Source of the DNA: an uncultured Chloroflexia bacterium | GTDB lineage: Bacteria; Chloroflexota; Anaerolineae; Anaerolineales; Anaerolineaceae | Reading direction: 5' to 3' | DNA: 32,000 nt | Assembly (NCBI GenBank): GCA_963704755.1 | Contig: OY969938.1 | Coordinates: 390,001 to 422,000 of the forward strand | Shown here: in pieces, positions 25,104-32,000 of the stretch | How positions within the stretch are numbered: the stretch's first letter is position 1 | How the letters are laid out: each line of letters begins with the position of its first letter | Translations under genes and position numbers: made by a program | The notes under the pieces: model-generated | The model's input: the letters and a program-made list of their open reading frames with translations, nothing else | Databases searched by the model: none | Told to the model about the DNA's origin: nothing

Positions 25104-26409
25104 ATGTACTTCGATATTGCAGCATTTATCCGCTATAATTTTCGCGCTTTTTTCAAAACCAAAGGGAAACATTACCGCCTGACGTCGAAACGTATGCTGG
25201 TCCTGTTCATCTGGCTGATCCTTTACATTCCGGCCCAGGTGATTAACCGCATCAGTTTCCTCCTGGACGACCTGTTTTTCCCCCGTTACCGCCAACAAGA
25301 AGTCAAACAGCCCATCTTTATCATCGGTAACCCGCGCAGCGGCACCACCTTTTTACACCGGCTGATGTACAAGGATACAGATTCCTTCACCGCCTTCGCG
25401 GTTTGGGAATTGATGTTTGCCCCTTCCATCACCCAGCGCAAGCTGATTTGGGCCATCCAAAAGGCCTGGCGCTGGTTCGGCAACCCGGCCGGCGAGGTGA
25501 CCGGCACGATCAACGAGCGCCTCAAGCACCGCCAGGGCAACTCGGCCCACTCGGTCAAGATCAACGACGCCGAAGAAGACGAGCACATTCTCATCCATAG
25601 CTGGACCAGCGAGTCACTCTGGTCGATTTACCCCTTCCGGGATGAGATGCTGCCTTATTTCTTCTTCGACCGCGATATCCCCCCGGCCAAACAGCGCAAG
25701 ATCATGGCCTTCTATAAAAGCATGATCCAGCGCCACATCTACGCCCACGGGGGAAACAAAATTCTGCTCTCCAAGAACCCCTCCCACTCGGCCAAGCTGG
25801 CCGCCTTGAGCGCAACTTTTCCGGATGCGCACTTTATCAACCTGGTGCGCACCCCCTTCGAGGCCATGCCTTCCATGCTGGACTACATGTCCACCGGCTG
25901 GAAATTATTTTGCGACCCGCTCGAGCCGTATCCCTTCAAAGAAAATTTCTTCGAGGTGATGCGGTTTTATTACACCTACCCGGCCGAATACTTCAAAGAT
26001 AAGGAAGACTGCTGCAGCTTCATTAAAATATGAAGAGCTGGTGCAGCACCCGGATGAGATCGTCGAGGATTTGTACGACTGGCTGGGCCTGGATTACACC
26101 GACAGCTTCAAAGCCGTGGTGGAAGCCGAGACCCGGTCCGCGCACCACTACCACAGCGGGCACAAATATTCGATCGACAAAATGGGCCTGACCGAGGAAA
26201 AAATCTTCACCGAATTCGAGGAAGTGTTCAGCTACTACGAGTTCGACGCCCAGCAGTTCGAGCTGCCCGATCACAACATGTTCTGGCAGATCAACAACTG
26301 GCCCAAAGCCTGGAAGCTCCAGCGCCAGCAGCGCCAGCATCACCGCATGCTGCGCCGGGCAGCCAAACGGGAACAGCGCCAGGAAAAACGCGGCCAGTCG
26401 GTGGCGTGA
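25104..26409 (+). pseudogene. Sulfotransferase-family gene interrupted by a 1-nt frameshift
   Basis: The PAPS loop IIGNPRSGTTFLHRLM lies in ORF 25104..26033. The expected continuation YEELVQHPDEIVEDLYDWLGLDY is in the +1 frame (26029 onward). The shift maps to the A4 run at 26025-26028. Confidence 0.7.
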
Positions 26410-26412
26410 GGA

Positions 26413-26807
26413 TCAGCCCAGATATTGCTGCAAAAACGCGGCCATTTTGGCCTGGGCGTCGCTTGCGTCCTCGGAGGATTGCAAGGTGAACCCGTGGACC
26501 GCGTCGGGATATTCGGGATATTCGGTCATGACCCCGGCCGATACCAGCATGCGGCAGTACTTCAAACCCTCGTCGTGCAGCGAATCCCGCCCCCCAGGAT
26601 GAACCCATCCCCGCGCAGGTCGAAGAACAGCGCGGCTTTCTCCGGACGCTCGAACCCATACCACAAAGTCCGCACCCGGCCAAATTCCGTATCGACGAAC
26701 CCCGCCTTGCCCCGCCGTTTGTGGGTGATGCTCACCAGCCCGGAGACCAACCGCTGAAATTGTTTACCCCTGCGGATGGATTGTTCGCGGGTGCGTGGCT
26801 CTGGCAT
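26413..26807 (-). pseudogene. Remnant of an alpha/beta-hydrolase fold-3 (HSL-type esterase/lipase) gene with a large internal deletion
   Basis: The N-terminal piece ends at a degenerate HGGG box, LRGDGFILGGG (26586-26807). It joins out of frame to the C-terminal piece RDSLHDEGLKY...YPDAVHGF (26413-26595). The GxSxG nucleophile region is missing. Confidence 0.65.
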
Positions 26808-27183
26808 GATGATACTTGCCTCAGGAAGGTGTTGCTTGGTTTTCGGATAGTATACCCGGAAATTATTTGTTGCCAGAAAATATACATATCTCGGAATAGT
26901 GTTGCCTGTTCACTTAATTTTGATCCAACAATAGCACTAATACGTCTACAAACATATTTTTAATCACAACCAAGTCAAGCTTTAATTTTCACTTCGTAAT
27001 TTAGCTGGTACTTGTTATTCTGATATTATTAAGTAAAGACAAATTCGATAATTCGTAAAACACCAAAAAATCCTCAAAAACGGCTAAATTTTTTCGTCTG
27101 GGGTGTAAAATTCTTTAGGAACCATTCTATAACTATAACTAAACACAATTATAGAAGGCCTGGATTCTACCAAGGGTTTTCGA

Positions 27184-28005
27184 ATGTACTCGTCCTCAGA
27201 TCATCTACAATGGCTTACTAAAACTAACGAAGACTTGCATACATCCGATGGGAAGGCCATTGAGGTTTTTGAGTTCCGTTGTAATCATGATGAAACAATT
27301 ATGTCGGCTTGGGCCAAACATTTTCGAAATCACTATTGTTCTGATAACGAAATTGATGTTTTGAGGTCAGGAACACCTTTTTCAAGATCAGATTATTTGA
27401 TTCATTTGAAATTCCCCGATCCTTCAGTCGCACCAGGACCGAGCACTCGCGCAGGTGATTTTGGAGAAATTCTTGTTGCGGATTATCTTGAATACCTGCT
27501 CGGATATTGGGTACCCCGAATTCGTTATAGAAACAAACCCACTCGCAATGAATCTACAAAAGGTTCGGATGTTTTAGGAATTCATTTTTTTCGCGATGGG
27601 GAATCCTCTCCACAGGATATCCTAACTATCTTTGAAGCTAAAGCACAGTTGAGCAAAAAAGAAGCTGAATCTCTTCTCCAAAAAGCGGTCAATGATTCCA
27701 AAAAAGATTTCCAAATTAGAAAAGCTGAAACTTTAAATTATTATAAAGAAATATATCTGGCTCAAAAGAACACTGCCGCTGTTGAGAGAATTGATCAATT
27801 CCAAAGCCCCTTAGATAATCCATATAGGGAAATTTCTGGAGGCGCTGCATTAATTTCAACCAGGTATTTCGATGTTAATCAATTAGCCTCAACAGATGCG
27901 CATCTTCATCCAAATTATTCAGAACTTCAGTTAATTGTCATCCGTGGCGAAAATTTGATGGATCTGGTCCACGAGCTTTATCAGAGGGCCGCTGATGAAG
28001 CCTGA
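27184..28005 (+). CDS. PD-(D/E)xK-type nuclease-like protein, HamA (DUF1837)-like
   Basis: 273 aa. The candidate catalytic residues are E95 in GDFGEILVAD, D129 in KGSDVLGIHFF and E151-x-K153 in LTIFEAKAQ. It overlaps the helicase gene by 11 nt. It is AT-rich. Confidence 0.65.
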   Translation: MYSSSDHLQWLTKTNEDLHTSDGKAIEVFEFRCNHDETIMSAWAKHFRNHYCSDNEIDVLRSGTPFSRSDYLIHLKFPDPSVAPGPSTRAGDFGEILVADYLEYLLGYWVPRIRYRNKPTRNESTKGSDVLGIHFFRDGESSPQDILTIFEAKAQLSKKEAESLLQKAVNDSKKDFQIRKAETLNYYKEIYLAQKNTAAVERIDQFQSPLDNPYREISGGAALISTRYFDVNQLASTDAHLHPNYSELQLIVIRGENLMDLVHELYQRAADEA

Positions 28006-31000
28006 ACGCAATTCTTTACGCTTGCTTAGTATTACCCAAGCTAAAGCGAAAATGTATGAATATGATGTGCCATTAGAAAATCATATCGTTATTCCACAAG
28101 ACCCGGCCAGATTGTTCACATTAACCATTGGGCTTTTAGGTGATCTTGCAGCACAAGTAAATTCAAAAGAAAGTAACCCCCATTCGATCGAAGAATTGGA
28201 AAAAGTCCTATTTTTTTCTTCCAAATTCTTTGACTCATATTTCAATACGAGATTGGACTCTGATAATGATCCTTATCTCCTGCTACTAGGCTCAGCCTCT
28301 TATTATTTATCCCAGTTGCCTGGTAGTTCATTACTGTTGGCAAGAACCCTTCATGCTAAAGGAGATCTGGATATCGGGGGAATGGGCCTGGAAAAATTAT
28401 TGCTCTGGATTTTACGTGGGGAATTTACAACGGCCATAAATATTACGGAAGGTGAATATGCCGAAGATATTAATCGGTTGTTTGATTTGTATCAAGGGTT
28501 TTATTCTTCCGGGGAAAACGCAACCGAGTTATTTGATACCGCAGATCATTTACGAACATTAGCCTATGCAGAAGGAACCCCCCGCCAGTTACTTCTCGCT
28601 GACATCATTGGAGCGATAACCAGAAAACGTTATGATAACTCAACCTGGGTTTCTCTGCCTGCCTATACTGGATTACCTTTGGATACATGGCGTGCAACAT
28701 TTATGAACCCAGATTTTAAATTGAAGGAGCTGTGGCCTGCTCAAAAATTGTTGGGTGAACGAGGAGTTTTTAGTGGAAGATCGGCTGTTATTCAAATGCC
28801 CACCAGTGCCGGAAAAACCAGAGGGGCGGAGATCGTCATTCGAAGCGCTTTTCTTTCAGGCCGTGCATCTTTGGCGGTGGTTGTAGCGCCGTTTCGAGCA
28901 TTATGCCATGAAATACGGGATAGCCTTTCGAATTCACTCCGCTCAGAAGGAATCAGGGTAAATGAGCTTTCGGATGTCTTGCAAATCGATTTTGATTTAC
29001 ATGCCTTTCTGGATCAAAGACAAGTGCTCGTCGTTACGCCCGAAAAATTGAATTATGTCCTAAGGCATTCTCCCGAGCTAGGAGAAAGAATCCAGTTGAT
29101 TATTTATGACGAAGGGCACCAATTCGACAATGGAACCCGCGGAATAACTTACGAACTCCTTTTAACCTCTTTGAAAGAAAAGCTGCCGGAAAATGTTCAA
29201 TCTGTGTTGATTTCCGCTGTAATTAGCAATGGTGAAGCTGTAGGCCGTTGGCTAAATGGTGAAAACTCCGAATCTATCGTCGGAACAAATTTGTTGCCCA
29301 CTTATCGTAGTCTGGCGTTTGTGAGTTGGTTATTACCATTAGGGCAATTAGCTTATGTGAATCCAGATAATCCTAACGAAAGAGAATTTTTTGTACCAAG
29401 GATCATTCGAGAAGTCACACTCCAAAAAAGAAAAAAAGAAAGGCTTGAACGCATCTTTCCTGAAAGAGGGAGTGTCAGCGATATTGCACTCTATTTAGGG
29501 CTAACCGTGGTTAATAAAGGCAGTGTGGCCATTTTCTGCGGCACAAAAATTACCATTGCATCCATTCTAAATCGGCTTATTGACATATATTCAAGAGGTT
29601 TATCTTATCCTTTACCAATTGAAATCTCAGATTTTGTTGAAGTTGAAAAATTATTTCATCTAATCAGTTTTAACATGGGCTCAGATTCTCCGATTGCAGT
29701 ATGCTGTAGGATGGGCATATTTACGCATCACAATAGCGTCTCACAAGGAATCCGACAATCTGTTGAATATGCAATGAAGATAGGTTCGATTAAGTTTGTA
29801 ATCTGTACATCAACTTTAGCTCAAGGAGTGAATTTGCCTATCCGATATTTAATTATAAATAACACTTATCAAGGGAAAGAAAAAATTAAAGTTCGGGATT
29901 TTCAAAATTTGCTTGGGCGATCCGGTCGTTCGGACATGCATACTGAAGGCAGCATCATATTTGCTGATCCCAGAATTTTTGACGATACATTAGTACAGAA
30001 GGATAGTCGGCGCTGGGATGAGACAATCCATTTGCTTGATCCTTCAAATTCGGAAGAATGTAACAGCACGTTAAAATCTCTTTTTGATTCGATAGACGTG
30101 CAAATCGAATATCAAGGGGATTTAATATCCGTTAGCTTAAGCTTTGATGAAATTTCTCGATTTTATCCACAAGGTTACGAAGCTGTTTTGCATTACGCTA
30201 GTCAAAAAGTTCCTGATTTTGATAGACGGCAGGAATTGGTAAGTACTCTTTTTGATAGGGTCTACTGGAAATTTGAAATTTTAGCTGGTATTGAAAGTTT
30301 TCTATTAGCTCATTTTGAAGATGCTAACATAGAGATAGATGATGTACACATGGTAGAGCTTGCAAGAGGTACATTCGCTTATTTCCTGGCAGACCAAAAC
30401 CAACGCACCGAAATCGAATCACTATTTTTAATGCTGGCTCATAATATTGAACAGAAAATTCCAGAACCCAGATTGAAAGTTTTATTTGGAAGGACATTAT
30501 TAGGTGTTCATGATGCTCTTATCATTCAAAGCTGGCTTTTTGATAAAACAAATAATCTTCTGTCTGCTGATGGGGACCTTGAATTATTAAATACCTTGTG
30601 GCCAATTTTATTGAATAATATTAAAACTGGTTCATTTCAAAAATGCAGCCAACGAGAATCTCTCTTGCTTATTGCAACTGAATGGATAAATGGAGATCCA
30701 TTTGTTGAATTATTGAACACACTCCATTCTAATAACATCCAAATGGCATGGGGAAGGTTTTTTCGCAATTACGATATTGACCACGTGGTGGATATTTGCG
30801 AGAATGGCCTTTCTTATGAGGGGGGGTTGATCGTTAGTGCCATAATAGATTTCTTATCGGACAATCAAGATGACCTCGGGATTGCAGTCCTCATAAATAA
30901 CCTCCAAAACTTATTGAAACGATTGAAATATGGTTTGGAATCCCCACAAGCGATTGTGTTATATGAAATGGGCTTTTCTGATAGAGTTGTTTCCGGCCAA

Positions 31001-31138
31001 CTTGCCGGCATCCTTGAGGACCTCCCTGCTGATAAAGAAACAATTAGACTTGCCCTTCGTAGCCGACGAGAACAGGTTTTTCGAGTTTTGGATACATTCC
31101 CGCAATATTTTTCCGAAGTATATAGAGGAATTATTTAG
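27995..31138 (+). CDS. SF2 DExH helicase (Ski2/Hel308-like core), HamB-like, with long N- and C-terminal extensions
   Basis: 1047 aa. The helicase motifs are MPTSAGKT (28796-28819), VVVAPFRAL, VLVVTPEKL, DEGH (29108-29119), LISAV, CTSTLAQGVNLP and LLGRSGR. Confidence 0.85.
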   Translation: MKPERNSLRLLSITQAKAKMYEYDVPLENHIVIPQDPARLFTLTIGLLGDLAAQVNSKESNPHSIEELEKVLFFSSKFFDSYFNTRLDSDNDPYLLLLGSASYYLSQLPGSSLLLARTLHAKGDLDIGGMGLEKLLLWILRGEFTTAINITEGEYAEDINRLFDLYQGFYSSGENATELFDTADHLRTLAYAEGTPRQLLLADIIGAITRKRYDNSTWVSLPAYTGLPLDTWRATFMNPDFKLKELWPAQKLLGERGVFSGRSAVIQMPTSAGKTRGAEIVIRSAFLSGRASLAVVVAPFRALCHEIRDSLSNSLRSEGIRVNELSDVLQIDFDLHAFLDQRQVLVVTPEKLNYVLRHSPELGERIQLIIYDEGHQFDNGTRGITYELLLTSLKEKLPENVQSVLISAVISNGEAVGRWLNGENSESIVGTNLLPTYRSLAFVSWLLPLGQLAYVNPDNPNEREFFVPRIIREVTLQKRKKERLERIFPERGSVSDIALYLGLTVVNKGSVAIFCGTKITIASILNRLIDIYSRGLSYPLPIEISDFVEVEKLFHLISFNMGSDSPIAVCCRMGIFTHHNSVSQGIRQSVEYAMKIGSIKFVICTSTLAQGVNLPIRYLIINNTYQGKEKIKVRDFQNLLGRSGRSDMHTEGSIIFADPRIFDDTLVQKDSRRWDETIHLLDPSNSEECNSTLKSLFDSIDVQIEYQGDLISVSLSFDEISRFYPQGYEAVLHYASQKVPDFDRRQELVSTLFDRVYWKFEILAGIESFLLAHFEDANIEIDDVHMVELARGTFAYFLADQNQRTEIESLFLMLAHNIEQKIPEPRLKVLFGRTLLGVHDALIIQSWLFDKTNNLLSADGDLELLNTLWPILLNNIKTGSFQKCSQRESLLLIATEWINGDPFVELLNTLHSNNIQMAWGRFFRNYDIDHVVDICENGLSYEGGLIVSAIIDFLSDNQDDLGIAVLINNLQNLLKRLKYGLESPQAIVLYEMGFSDRVVSGQLAGILEDLPADKETIRLALRSRREQVFRVLDTFPQYFSEVYRGII

Positions 31139-31421
31139 AAATTCATGTCAAGACGATCAATCAATTAATTTTTTATAGCAAGAATGCTGTGATCCATTTT
31201 TGATTGCAAAATTCTTTTCTTATTATCCAATGTCTGAAATTCCCAATAATCTAATCGCCAAATTACAGAAATAAAATTTTTAATAATCATTGTCTCTGAT
31301 TGGAAAACTTATTCACACAATAAACCTTCAACAAGCTTGCGAATGCAAATTTAGGTGAGTTTTCCCCTCTTCCTGCGTTATTAATATAAACATCTCAACA
31401 CATCGGAGAACCGCATGGACA

Positions 31422-31613
31422 ATGGCCGACCATGGGACCTGGCCAATGCTGAAACCTTCAGCCTGGTCTTTCAATGCCCCACCTACAGGTGTTCCGCTAC
31501 CTCTACGGGCTGGTAGCCTGTTTATCGATATCACCGTGGCCCAATTCCCCGGCGAAAACAAACCATACTTCACTCAAGCCGATCTGCTCGAGTTCGCCCA
31601 ATCTTTCCGGTAA
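31422..31613 (+). CDS. Short GC-rich ORF, possibly the 3' remnant of a gene truncated at the island border
   Basis: 63-aa ORF that begins where GC content rises again. A 24-bp hairpin follows it directly. No family was recognised. Confidence 0.3.
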   Translation: MADHGTWPMLKPSAWSFNAPPTGVPLPLRAGSLFIDITVAQFPGENKPYFTQADLLEFAQSFR

Positions 31614-31665
31614 GTAAACAAGAACACGATGCCCGGCTTTTGCCGGGCATCGTGTTCTTGTTTAC
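31614..31665. terminator. Perfect 24-bp hairpin between convergent genes (putative bidirectional terminator)
   Basis: The arms are GTAAACAAGAACACGATGCCCGGC and GCCGGGCATCGTGTTCTTGTTTAC, with a TTTT loop. There is no external T-run. Confidence 0.5.
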
Positions 31666-31690
31666 GCAACTTCATCGCCAATGATAACCT

Positions 31691-32000
31691 TTATTTCCCC
31701 GTACCAATCCATTGAGCCGAATGGGTCACCTGGTCGATCAGGTCGGGCAGGTCGCACAGCGCCTGGGGCGCTGGATCCGGCGAACCGCTCAGGCAGCCGC
31801 CGTAGTTGCTGACGGTCTTGGTCTGCCCGTCCTGGGTGAAGGATGTGATCTGGGTGGGCAGGTCGGTCACCGGGGCTTTGTATTCGTCTTTCAGGTTGAA
31901 ATAATCCGCGGCCGTGAAGGCATCCACGAGCTGCTGCACCTGGGCGGTCGTGATGCTCCCGGTTTGCTCGCCGGTCACTTGCACGTTGGCGCTGCCGTTA
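31691..32000 (-). CDS. Hypothetical protein, 5' end outside the window
   Basis: The open frame runs from the window edge to the stop at 31691. The C-terminal sequence is ...NYGGCLSGSPDPAPQALCDLPDLIDQVTHSAQWIGTGK. Composition is GC-rich like the host. Confidence 0.55.
   Translation of the reverse strand, partial: NGSANVQVTGEQTGSITTAQVQQLVDAFTAADYFNLKDEYKAPVTDLPTQITSFTQDGQTKTVSNYGGCLSGSPDPAPQALCDLPDLIDQVTHSAQWIGTGK

Noticed and set aside
26808-31421. Integrase, transposase, tRNA target or terminal direct repeats that would define the island as an integrative element.
   Set aside because: Reading both borders and all ORFs in the interval turned up none. Only compositional evidence and flanking pseudogenes support horizontal origin.
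31328-31573. An 81-aa minus-strand ORF across the island border.
   Set aside because: It spans the AT-rich to GC-rich transition and has no coherent composition. It overlaps the more coding-like plus-strand frame, and no motifs were seen.

Overview
GC-rich bacterial chromosome segment, about 55-65% GC by hand counts of single lines. Gene content is loosely Chloroflexota-like, but I cannot prove that from sequence alone. Two visibly AT-rich insertions interrupt it.

Layout, left to right:
- 85-8423 (-): a tightly packed minus-strand block. It holds a BtuF-like binding protein, an M20 amidohydrolase, a PIG-L deacetylase, a PSP1/RicT-like protein, an Mrp/NBP35 ATPase, a small CxxC protein and nuoI-nuoCD-nuoB, with no other nuo genes nearby.
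- 8543-9214 (+): a divergent HTH regulator.
- 9243-10510: a 1.3-kb non-coding array of four ~325-nt tandem units, each made of the same series of hairpins.
- 10543-15297 (-): a three-gene multiheme cytochrome operon. It encodes a 10-heme lipoprotein, a 9-heme membrane-anchored cytochrome and a cytochrome b/c fusion.
- 15827-23585: housekeeping genes, namely LOG, an MBL hydrolase, an ABC-F ATPase, a transglutaminase-like lipoprotein, a flavodoxin and a BNR propeller translationally coupled to a MoaD/ThiS-like GG protein.
- 23.6-25.1 kb: an AT-rich patch with one orphan gene.
- 25104-26807: two decayed genes, a frameshifted sulfotransferase and an internally deleted esterase.
- 26.8-31.4 kb: an AT-rich island carrying a PD-(D/E)xK nuclease plus a 1047-aa SF2 helicase. 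The pair has Hachiman (HamA/HamB) architecture.

Other recurring or unusual elements are a family of ~110-bp nested-palindrome (MITE-like) elements at four intergenic sites, a 17-unit octanucleotide repeat, and a terminator-backed micro-ORF.

No rRNA, tRNA, CRISPR array, integrase or transposase gene was recognised. All functional calls rest on motifs I read in the translations. No database search was run.
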